Assembly: GCF_006345805.1 (NCBI RefSeq)
Contig: NC_043012.1
Coordinates: forward strand, 56,916,001-56,980,000
Direction: 5' to 3'
DNA length: 64,000 bases
Source of the DNA: Octopus sinensis
Taxonomy: Eukaryota
How positions within the stretch are numbered: the stretch's first letter is position 1; every line of letters starts with the position of its first letter. The notes beneath the pieces are model-generated. The model was not told the origin of the DNA and did no database searches. It was given only the letters and a program-made list of their open reading frames with translations. Positions 1-11,900 of this stretch are shown in pieces. The translations under genes and the position numbers were made by a program.

Positions 1-155
1 TGAAACTCTGGGTAACAGCTTTTGTTATATTTCTGCTGCTTTTAAATGAAGCATATTACTCTACCTCTGGTATTTGAGTACTCTTTTATATATATATATG
101 ATAGATCGTTAGCTCCTACACGCATTTTTTTCTCTCTCCTTTTTTTTTCTGTGTA

Positions 156-193
156 TCTTTCTGTCGAAGAGCGTAGGTTCGAAACGTAAAAGA
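156..193 (+). ncRNA. Minimal type I hammerhead-like motif with core variant (CUGUCGA, A6U)
   Basis: TCTTT-CTGTCGA-A-GAGC(GTAG)GTTC-GAAA-C-GTA-AAAGA: 5-bp stem I, 4-bp stem II, ACGT palindrome in place of stem III. Same architecture as the motifs at 49794 and 54157. Confidence 0.55.
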
Positions 194-305
194 CTTGTTC
201 TATCTCTATTCCTGAGCGCCATACTAATACATTTGTTTGTTTGTACTCCACCTGCCTTCGTCTTTTGTTTATTTTCGTAAACCTTCCCGTTATATATATA
301 TATTT

Positions 306-360
306 TAACAAAACTGTCTGATGAATGGGAATCTGAAACTCTGGGTAACAGCTTTTGTTA
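306..360 (+). ncRNA. Minimal type I hammerhead ribozyme motif
   Basis: TAACAAAACTGT-CTGATGA-ATGGGAATCT-GAAA-CTCTGG-GTA/ACAG(C)TTTTGTTA: 12-bp stem I with a 1-nt bulge, intact core, pseudo-palindromic CTCTGGG stem III, weak stem II. Predicted cleavage after 347. Confidence 0.65.
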
Positions 361-489
361 TATTTCTGCTGCTTTTAAATGAAGCATATTACTCTACCTC
401 TGGTATTTGAGTACTCTTTTATATATATATATGATAGATCGTTAGCTCCTACACGCATTTTTTTCTCTCTCCTTTTTTTTTTCTGTGTA

Positions 490-527
490 TCTTTCTGTCG
501 AAGAGCGTAGGTTCGAAACGTAAAAGA
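490..527 (+). ncRNA. Second copy of the A6U hammerhead-like motif
   Basis: Identical to 156-193, in the duplicated unit. Confidence 0.55.
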
Positions 528-663
528 CTTGTTCTATCTCTATTCCTGAGCGCCATACTAATACATTTGTTTGTTTGTACTCCACCTGCCTTCGTCTTTT
601 GTTTATTTTCGTAAACCTTCCCGTTATATATATATATTTTAACTTTATTTTATTTAATTTCAG

Positions 664-904
664 GTTGAGTGCAGCTTACAGAGTGGTTTTGTGAAGGGGA
701 TGAAGTTAGAAGTTGCAGTGAAGTCCACTCCTGACACATATTGGGTGGCTTCGGTTATCATGACTTGTGGCCCTCTTCTCCGTCTTCGTTACGATGGTTA
801 TGGTGACGATGGATCAGCCGATTTTTGGCATGATCTTACTGCCTCAGAAATACACAGTATTGGCTGGTGTGCCCAAAATAATAAAACACTAATGCCTCCT
901 GATG
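664..904 (+). CDS. SFMBT1: SFMBT exon (MBT1 core): [17 protein letters not shown]...TLMPPD
   Basis: tttcAG acceptor at 662-663, donor GTAAAT at 905; phase 0 to 1. Confidence 0.95.
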
Positions 905-2877
905 GTAAATATTGATCTCTTACATTAACACAATGCCATTCAGTGTAATTATTCTTACACATTTTTAAAACCAGATTCCACAGACATTTGAAAAAATTAT
1001 GTTTTTTACATTAATGGATTCATGTCATGCTTTCTACATCAAATAAATGAATATTCATTTTGTTGACTTCATAATGGTGCTTGGCCAGTTAGGACAGGTT
1101 TGATTTATATGTTGGTATAAAACATCTTCCTGAACTTGCTGGCAGCTCTCCATTTTTCCATTACTTGTGTATATATTTTTCGTCTTTCTGAAACCCTCAC
1201 CGTTGCAAAATTTTTGATTCATAATGGCTACAAAGTTAGGTTTAGACTAGGAAAAACTGCCGTGCATAAAGAGCTTTTGATTTAATAAACAGAGTTGAAG
1301 GGAACTAGTGGTGCCCCAACCATGATGTCTTGGCTTCAGTTTCCACAGCATGAAACCATGGGCAAATGTCTTCTATTATAACCCCGGGCTGACCAAATCC
1401 TTGTCAGTGGATCTGGTAGACAGAAACTGAAAGAAGCCTGTCATGTGTGTATGTATGTGCATGTGTAGCCTTGTCTAGACATTGTACTAGCAATGTTGTA
1501 TGTTACTAGTTTTCTGTGGGAAATATTACTTTGCTTGGAAAGAATTGAGGGTTGGCAACAGAAAAGACATCCAGCCACAGAAAATTGCCTCAACAAATTC
1601 GGCCTGAGCCCTGTAAGCATGGAGAAGTGGACATGAAATGATGATGATGTGTCTGAAGAGGGCCCTGCTTAGTATCTATGTTTTAACTCTTGTAGTCAAG
1701 CATTGAAATTTTAGCTTAATTAAATATTACCTGTATCACATAGTGTGTGTGTGTGTGTGTGTTAGTTAAAAGCTTGTAGCTGCAGTTTTTCATCTTATGG
1801 GAACCCTTTTAGAGATGTAAGAGATGTAGTATAATCGTGTGAAGGTTATCAGATGGGGTCACTTTTGTGTGTGACAGATGTGCAGGAACAGTAAGTACTA
1901 AGAGCACAAGAGACCTAAACTGTTTCAAATGTCCAGGCGGCTTACTTGAGGTAGTAAATAGTTTCTGCTATTCAGGTGACCAAATTAGTAATGGTGGTGG
2001 ATGCTCTGAAAGTATTGTTTCTAGAATAAGAATAGGATGGAGGAAGTTCAGAGAGCTATTACCTCTGTTGGCGGCAAAAGGACTCTCTCTCGCAAAGTGA
2101 AAGGTAGATTGTATGATGCTTGTGTGAGAACGGCTATGTTACATGGTAGTGAGACATGGGCTCTGACTGTGGAGGACATGCGTAGGCTGGAGAGGAATGA
2201 AGGATGTGTTGAGAGAAAATTTAGGCATAAGTGGGATTAAATGTGGTGTGCAGGAAAGGAGAAGGCATTGGTTTGGACATGTGATGAGTATGAATGAAGG
2301 CAGCTGTATACAGAAGTGCCTGTCGCTGAAGGTGGATGGTACCTGTGGAAGAGGGAGACCCAGGAAGACATGGGATGAAGTGGTGAGGACTGATCTTAGA
2401 CAGTAGACAGAGATATTTGGAGATATGAAGTTCTGGAGAAGACCCATCCATGAAACTGAGTGCTAGAAGAGTTGTGTCCCACCCACATGTAACAACACAC
2501 TTTTCACCCACTCTACCCTAAGAAATCAAACTATAACTCTTCTTCTAACTGCATCTTTCTCTTCTTCACATTTCTTCTTCATAAATTGATTGTTTTCCAA
2601 TCTCTTTCTTGCCCTGCTCCCCACACCCCACATCCACACCCTATTTTTCTAATCAGGTTCTACACTCATATTCTTGTTACTTGTGAGTATACCTTAGCAC
2701 TACACCATCTCTTTTCTGCTCTCTCTTACACTTTTGCTGTTACCTACTCTCTCTCTATTTCTCTTTGGTCATTCTCTCTCCTCCTCTTGTTTTTCCTCTG
2801 ACTAGGTAACCAATTATCACCTTCATATCAGCACACTTGTTTCTGGCCTCTTTCTTGTACCTTTCTCTCACTCTCTA

Positions 2878-2915
<38 letters not shown>

Positions 2916-5900
2916 GGTAACCATGTACCTCCTCTATAGCAAGACACCTATTTCTGCCTCTCTATTTCTCTGTTACCTTTCATTATCTGATACTGGATCA
3001 CCTCCTCTAATGCCCCCTCTGTTGTGGCAAGACACCTGCTTCTGTCTCTTTGTCACACTTTAACCTTTCAACCTCTGACACAAATTCTCCTCCTCAAATT
3101 CCCTGCCCCTCTCATAATCCCTTGTCCTGTGAGTTACTTGGTTACCCTACCAGTACTGGTGCCATGTTAAAAGCATCCAATCCACACTGTAACATGGTTG
3201 GCATTTGAAAGGGCATCCCGCTGTAAAAATCATACCATAACTAACCTCACCTGTGCTAGTGCCATGTAAAAACCACTGAGTCCACTCTGTGGAGTGGTCG
3301 GTGTTAGGAAAGGCATTCAGTTATAAAATCCCTGTCAAAACAGACACAGTAGCCTAGGGTAGTTTTTCTACCTGGCTGGCTCCTGTCAGCCATCCTACCC
3401 ATGCATGCATGGAAGATGGACATTAAACAAAGATGATGATAGTGTTAAAAAACACAGTGTACTTCAAAACAAGCTGGCTTTTAACCCTTTATCATTTAAA
3501 CCGGCCATATTCGGCCAAAATATCCCACCTGTTTTATGCTCAAAGTGGCTAAATCTGGCTTTTAACATCAACCCCACAACATCATTCTAAAGATTGTTAC
3601 CTCATGAAAATCTCAAAGCTACAAGATAATGCATGACTAATTCAAAACAATATGGGATAAATAAGCATTGACTTTGGCAGAATAATATGACTGATAAAGG
3701 ATACAGCAGGATACCTGTTCCTATCCCTCTCTCATACTTGTGCCTCTCAACAATGACATAAGCTGTCTTCCTCAATACTTTATCCCATCTCAATCAAGGT
3801 GTTTTGTGAGCTACTCGTTGACCTCACTAGTGCTGGCAACACGGAAAACATCTGGGACTTGCTGTAAAGTGGTTGGTGTTAGGAAGGACATCAAGCCATA
3901 AGAACCATGCCAAAATAGACATTAGATGGCAATGCAGTCCCATGAGCTTTTGGATCTTATCAAACTGTCCAGTCCATGAGGCGTGGAAGATGGATGTTAA
4001 ACGATAATGATGTCTGTTTCAGAAGTTTGAAAAAAATATCAGAAATTGAATGTGATAGTTATTGAATGTGTAATGAAATTTGTTGCCTTTTTATTATCAG
4101 CTAACACCACTATAATTTTCTATTTTATCAGAACTCAAAAACAAGATTGGAAATTGGCGTGACTTTTTAACAACTTCCCTTGTTGGAGCAGCTACTGCTC
4201 CTTCTTACCTGCTTGATAAGGTATGTTCTCTTTTTTTTTGTTGTTTCAGTTTCCTTTTTGCTTTTGACTCACTCAGTTGGTGGAGAAAGTGCAGCACCCA
4301 AAGATGGTGTGCATGTAACAGCTTCCAGAATGCGGGTAACAGCATCATCAGAAATCATCAGAAGTTAGATTGAAACCCTAGCACAATTGCTCTCAATGCA
4401 ATGGCCTCCCCTAAAGGCATCCAACAGCCAGGAGATTTTGCTGGGGGTAAAACTGTATTGATGTGTGAAGGTGTGGTGATGTGATTAAGAAGCTTGTATT
4501 TTTACATTGTGTCCTCTGGTGCAATGCCACTCTGTGGCACCATGGGGCTAGTCTCTTCTATAACCTTAGAATGACCAAAGTTTTGTGAGTGAATTTAGTA
4601 GATGGAAACTAGATGCACATTGTGAGTGTGTGTGTGGTGTGTGTGTGTGTGTATATATATATATATGTATGTATATTTTTGTTTTTGGATTTGGTTTGCA
4701 AGATTCTTTATATGAGTTTGTGTGTTGAAGCATATTCTGTTGTGTCTGGGGAGAGTCATTTTATTTTTGTGCGTTATAATTTAACACACTCACCGGTAAA
4801 ATTTCCACTTATTCCTTATTTTATAGAAAAGGTTGTAAGACGCAATGAAAATTTTAGGAAAATAAAAATAAGAAATAAGTGGAAATTTTACCAGTGAGTG
4901 TGTTAAATTATAAGGCACAAAAAGAAAATGACTCTTCCCAGACAACAGAATATATATATATATATATATATTGGCAGACGGAAACTGAAAAGAAGCCCGT
5001 CGTATATATGTATATATATATATGCGTGTGTGTGTTTGCGTGTCTGTGTTTGTCCCCCTAGCATTGTTTGACAACCGATGCTGGTGTGTTTATGTCCCCG
5101 TCACTTAGCAGTTCAGCAAAAGAGACCGATAGAATAAGTACTGGGCTTACAAAAGAATAAGTCCTGGGGTCGAGTTGCTCGACTAAAGGCGGTGCTCCAG
5201 CATGGCCGCAGTCAAATGACTGAAATAAGTAAAAAGAAAAAAAAGAGTAAAAGAGTATATACACCCTTGTATTGGCATCATGTAATGTTTGTAAATAAGC
5301 ATCACCATTTTTATACAAGTGTTGTTGTTCACTTTTAGTCTTACATGAAAAACATGTCTGGTCATGGGAAAATATTGCTTTGCCTGGGAACGAGTGAGGG
5401 TTGGTGACAAAGAGGGCATCATGCTGTAGAAAATCTGCCTCAACAAATTCTGTCTGACCCATGCAAGCATAGAACAGTGGATGTTAAATGATTTAAGTGA
5501 TACCAATATATTTGGTGAACAGTTATTTCATTGTTGCTGAGTTGTTGGGTTTTTTTAAAAATTTTTAGTTGTTATCAAGATTCTTTGGCTTAAAAAGAAA
5601 TATTTTACTGGCTTATTCAGAGGTGAAATATACTTCACTCCTTTTCAGGGTCTCTGAAACTAGTATAAAGAAATTATTATCAGACCTAGAGACGTGGCCT
5701 GAACTCTTGTAACACTGGATGCTACAGACTGTTGTTTAGTCTTGGGGTCAGCTCTGATTGAAAAGGTTGATGGTTCAATATTTCAGCCATAACCATCCTT
5801 TTTTTTTTTTTTTATTTGAATGTAGCATATGTAGGACTATGCTATCCAATGTCGTTTAATTTTAGATTTGGCTGTTATTTCTAGCTGTTCAAATAACTGT

Positions 5901-8900
5901 ATAGAGGCTCTTTTTTGCATTTTTTGTTTTTGAATTTTTGTGTCAAATTTCATTGAAGATGGAGGGAAACTTGTTTAGGTTTTAGAAAGTTACTCCATTC
6001 TAAAGAAAAATAATTTATAAAATTTTGTAACTATGTTTTTATCATTAAATATTAAAATAATTGAATGTTAATTATATTGTTCATCATGTTAGAATTTTCA
6101 TGTAGATATATATGTCTCATAGATTAATCTTATACTAAATTTGGTGAGAGCAAAGTCAAAATAGTATTGTAAGGTGTATGAAATATGGATTACTTTTTTC
6201 CGTTTTAAAATTTGTTATTGGAGAAAAGACAGAGGTAAAAAAAAAAAGTTCCAATAGTGAATTTCTAAGATATAAAAATTGGGAAGAAGTTCTGGCTTTG
6301 AGAATTGAATTAATGTAGAATAAATGAGAGAGAGAGAGAGAAAGAGAGATGAATGCATCAGGTAGGTTTAGATGAGATTTACATAGAGATAATGAATTTA
6401 GTGGACCAAGAGGCATTGTATTTATGGTAAGACAGGTGAATGAAATGATACATTTCAGTAATAGGCTCGTGGTTGACTAGTGTTTGCAAGTATGAGATCA
6501 CATAACTGATGGATAGCTTTATTTTGAATGTGATTAGTATATTAATGATTGAGAAGAGCACACATTATATCTTAGATGGTGATCATGTGAATAGTACATG
6601 TATGTAATTGTCTGATCTATTTGCTGTGCAATAGTTTAAAACTGAAAGTCCTTTGTTGATGATTGTCAGATATTTCCATCCAATGTGTGCTTGAGGGGCT
6701 TACAGTGGTGATTATCAGAGACTTTTAGCTCTAGTAAATGGATTATTTTTGTACATTGTTCATCTTGGCATCAAATGGCATCGTTTCCTTGAGGTGTGTA
6801 GTAGTGTCTAACATAATTATAGGAGAATCTAACATATTTAACCCTTCAACATTAAGTTTACTCTCTTAAATGTAATGCTTGTTCACATTGTTTTGAATTC
6901 ATCATATCTTATCTTGTAGCTTTGAAATGTTGATGCTGCAGTTTATTTTTAAAATGATGTTGTGTGATAGGCTGGATCTGGCTGGTTTAAGCATGAAACA
7001 AGAATAATATTTAGGCCCCTGATATATGGAATTTGCCAACTGAATCTGTTAAATTTCCATCAGCACCCTATTCAACATTATGACTATTAGGAGCTTGAGT
7101 TTATTAGGAAATTTATATACAGTCACTACAGGTGGCACATAAGCGAACCATCCGAACGTGGCCGTTGCCAGCACCGCCCCGACGGGCCTCTGTGCCGGTG
7201 GCACGTCAAAAGCACCCACTACACTCATTGAGTGGTTGGTGTTAGGAAGGGCATCCAGCCGTAGAAACACTGCCAGATCAGACTGGGCCTGGTGCAGCCT
7301 TCTGGCTTCCCAGACCCCAGTTGAACCGTCCAACCCGTGCTAGCATGGAAAGCGGATGCTAAATGATGATGATGATATTGTCTTATAAATGCTGCCCCGT
7401 TTTAACCCTTTCAATACCAACCCGACTGAAACCGCCTCTGGCTTTGTAGTACAAATGTCTTGTTTTCATAAGTTTTGAATAAAAATTTTCCACTAGACCT
7501 TAGTCCCAATTTATGTTCCTAACAACAGCTGAATGATAATTAAGTTATTTTACTAAATTCTTTGTTATATTTAAAATTAAATGAAAGAAACAGAATATCT
7601 CAAAATAAATGCGGTAACGAAAGGGTTAGTTCTAAATCTGAGGAATGTCATGCCCCACATTTAAAAGATTAGGTGATTGCAATGAGAACAACAGTCCTAT
7701 ATGAGAAGTTCAACTAACATGCCCAACCTCTTATATTACACTCATTTACTCACAGTCACACACAAAAGCTTATAACTTGTCTAAGCCCTTTCATGGCTGG
7801 ATTTTTAGTGAACCACACTCATGATCATCATCGTTTAATGTCTGCTTTCCATGCTTGCTTGGGTTGGACAAATTGACTGTGGTCTGGCGAACCAGATGGC
7901 TACACCAGGCTCCAATCAGATCTGGCAGAGTTTCTACAGCTAGATGCCCTTCCTAAAGCCAACCACTCCAAGAGTGTAGTGGGTGCTTCTACATGCCACC
8001 GGCACGAGGGCCAGTCAGGTGGTACTGGCAATGGCTATACTCAAATGGTGCTTTTTATATGCCACCTGCACAGTCCAGCGGCACTGGCAATGACCTCGCT
8101 TGAATGTTTTTTCATGTGCCATCAGCACAAATGCCAGTAAGGTGATGCAGGTAATGATCATGCTCAAATGGTGCTTTTTACGTGCCACCGGCATGGAAGC
8201 CAGTTTGTTGCTCTGGCAATGATCACGCTTGGATGGTGCTCTTAGCGCTCCACTAGCACAGATGCCAGTCATCAAATTTGATTTCAATGTTTCAAGTAAT
8301 TTTGAATGTTGTCAAGAATTTTGATAAAATTTAGTTTAGAGCCAGTTTTAATACTGAAGGGTTAATTCAAATAATTTTGCATGAGGGTTCTTACAAAATT
8401 TTTATTAAGACACATTTAAAACCAAGACCATATGTGTATATATGTATATGTTATAATATTGTTTGTTATGAATAATGTTTTGTAGACAACTGGGACAACT
8501 CCTGTTGATCAAATAAAGCAAGGTATGCGCCTAGAACTGCAGGACCATATCAACCCCAATCATGTTTGGATTGTGAAAGTGTTGGAGAATGTTGGTGGAC
8601 GTTTATACTTACGTCAGGAAGGTCTAAACCACTCTGAAACTGACTTCTGGCTATTCTACCTCAATCATTTGCTTCACCCCATTGACTGGGCAAAGCAGAA
8701 CAATTATGAATACTCTCCTCCCAAAGGTAAGAGTGACTCCTTAACGAGCATTTTTAATTTTTAACTAATTTTCTAAGGTTTTTACTTTCAAGAGACAAGA
8801 TTCGAATAATTCTTATTTATTCACATTGTTTTGAATTAATCCTGCATTATCCTCTGTGTGTGTGTATGTATGTATGTATGTGTGTGTGTATGTATGTATG

Positions 8901-8908
8901 TATGTATG

Positions 8909-8999
<91 letters not shown>

Positions 9000-11900
9000 A
9001 TAAAATATTAGGGAATAAATCCAAACTTACAAGGAAAAATCAGATTTAGGATTAAATCCAATTTTATAGTATAAATATATTATATTATATTAAATTAGAG
9101 ATAAAACCACTATTAGGCAAATCATATATATATACTAGCACTATGACAAAAAAGTCACTTCTATTGATTTTTTAATGGCTTTGCAGGGTGACTGGAGAAA
9201 TGTAAAGATGTGCACGACCACCCTTGGACGGTTTTGAATGACCATAGAAAGTGTGAGCCCTCTAACTGAAAAATTGTGGATTTGTATAAAGGACACACAC
9301 ACAGACAGACATTTTGCCGTTTATATATATATATCTCTTATTATAAAAGGCAGATTTTATCTGCCTCCCTTTGGGAGTTATACAAATCTACAATATAGGA
9401 TTTCTTCAATTACAATTTACCTAGCATTTTTGAGAGTACAAGGCATCGCGTCATGCCAGGTCCAGTTTTTAAAATTTAAACTCCAATTAAGCAAAATTTA
9501 CAGAAAACTCACATTCTGGTGTGTGTGTCAAATGCTTTTCTTAGTCTGGTTTACACCACACGCAAACGCACACACACAGTGTGCGACGAATAAAATGAAA
9601 GTAAATGTAATATTTGTTTCTGTCTATCACGCTGATAGATACATGAGTAAAATGTATGGGAAGCTAACAGATAACAGTGAGTGAAAATGTTCTTGGAAGA
9701 GAGTAAATTAGCGACAGAGTGATTTGAGCAAGACTAAACTGAAAGTATGAAACCGTGTTTATGTATAAACAGACGACACTTATATAAACCCTTTCGTTAC
9801 CAAACCGCCCGAATTTACCTATTCATATTTAAATGAGAATATCAGAGTAAATCTCTTTAGTACATTCGTGAAAACACGTATTATACTTCGTAAACACTTC
9901 AAATACAGTTTTGTACAAAAATCGAAGTGTAATTTTAATTCCGTGAATTATGGGAGATTTTTTTCCAAAATTTGTTCCTATTGTGTTTTCAAAATTTGTA
10001 ATTCTGACAAAAAATGGATACGAATTTCATTATATCAAGCAGCGAGTCAGAATTCGAAGGATTTTCTACTGAAGACCTTCATAAATCTAACTCTATGACT
10101 GAAAAAAAATAAGCATCTGTGTGTCTGTCCCCTTCGATTTAGATTCGTAACTACTCCCACATTTTGCCGTGCAGTTTAACCAAAAGCGGGTATCTTATAG
10201 TCGTGATTCATATCGAGCCTTCTGGGTATTAGCGCACGTCTACGATGAGTCTACGATTTAAAAAAATTTACCATCATATTTTTCCATTTGAATGCATTTT
10301 TTTCGTTTTTATATAAGGGAAGTAACTCTCTAAAAATATCTACGATGTGTCAACGATTTAAAAAAAAAATTTACCTTAATTTTTTTTCAATTTTTAATGC
10401 ATTTTTTTGCTATTTTTTGGCTATAACTCTCTAAAAATGCTTATATAGTTATTTCCCTTACAACCCGAGCAACGCCGGGCGATACTGCTAGTATATATAT
10501 ATATTCTTATTTCAGTCATTTGATAGCGGCCATGCTGAGCACCACGTTGAAGTGTTTTAGTTGATCAATTTGATCCCTGAACCTATTTCTTAAGCCTAGT
10601 ACTTATTCTATCTGTCTTTTTTGCTGAACCACTAAGTTACGGCAATGTAAACACACCACATAGATATGACACGCAGATACACACACACATATATAAAAGA
10701 CAGGCTTCTTTCAGTTTCTGTCTACCAAATCCACTCTCAAGGCTTTGGTCAGCCCAAGGTGCCATGCAGTGGGACTGAACCTAGAACCATGTAGTTGGGA
10801 AGCAAGGTTGAGAACCAGTGATTTAGATAGATGTTGCTGGTTTTTTCTTATTGTATGATACATTTAAAAAAAATCTGTAACAATGCCACCGCAAGACAAT
10901 TTCACCTAACAATAAAATATTATATTTAAGGTAAAATGGGCAAATATTAATTACTATTTCTTAATTAATTTTTATGTATTTCACTATTTAGCTTCCAACA
11001 TAATGATTCATAGTTTAATAGTTATCTCTTTTGGAAGGGACTTGTTTTGCAAGTACTTGGTGACCTGTGCTGCCATGAGAAAAGCAGCCAATACATTCTA
11101 TAAAGTGGCTGGCATTAGGAAAGACATCCAGTTGTAGAAATCATGTGTAAACAGACATTAGAGTTTATAATAATAATAATAATAATAATGAAATTATTGT
11201 ATACAGTGCTCAGGTGCACCACAACTTGTCAAAAGTATGTATAAAGCATATGCAGTAATGTACAAATGTTTGGAAAGCGAACAGTGTATGAGTCAGATAC
11301 ATGCTTGCGTGTGTATGGAGGGGAGAAAATCAGGTGTAGTGTTGGCGAATCTCAGGAAGCATGGAAGTTTTGAAGGATGCAGTGCTCCGACAACTAACAA
11401 CTGATGCTGGCAGTTAGTTCCATACTTCAGCAATTCTTAGCATGAAAAAATGTTTCCGAAAGTCATGGGAGCTGTGCTGTTTTCTGGCTTTGTAAACATA
11501 TCCACGAGTGTTAGACAGGTGGAGTTTGAAAAGGTGCTCAGAGTTATTGTTTGTAAGATGGTTAATAATTTTATGGGTGTCTGCCTAGTCAGCTGCCAGA
11601 CGTCGGGAGTTTCAATGTGTCCATGCCCAGGGACATGGTGCTGTCTTCTGGTTTGCTGGTTCCTGTTGAACTGTCCAACCAATGTCAGCATGGAAAAGGG
11701 AATGTTAAATGATGATTGTGATGATGAGGAATGATAAAGGAGGTTAATTATAGTGTGAAAGTAACCATACTCTAAGCATTATTTATAACTAATACCACTA
11801 GAATGTGGAAATACTCTAATAAGCCACAGCGATAGATGAAATCCTTCACATCATTTGCAAAATTAGTTATTGCTACTTGATATTTTAAGTCGCTGACTTT

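Larger units (their letters stand above)
1..643 (+). repeat. Near-perfect tandem duplication, period 333/334 bp (1-309 = 334-643), continuing off the left edge; carries Penelope-type hammerhead motifs
   Basis: TGAAACTCTGGGTAACAGC at 1 recurs at 334. By eye the copies differ only by one T in a poly-T run (T9 at 140-148 vs T10 at 473-482). Confidence 0.95.
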
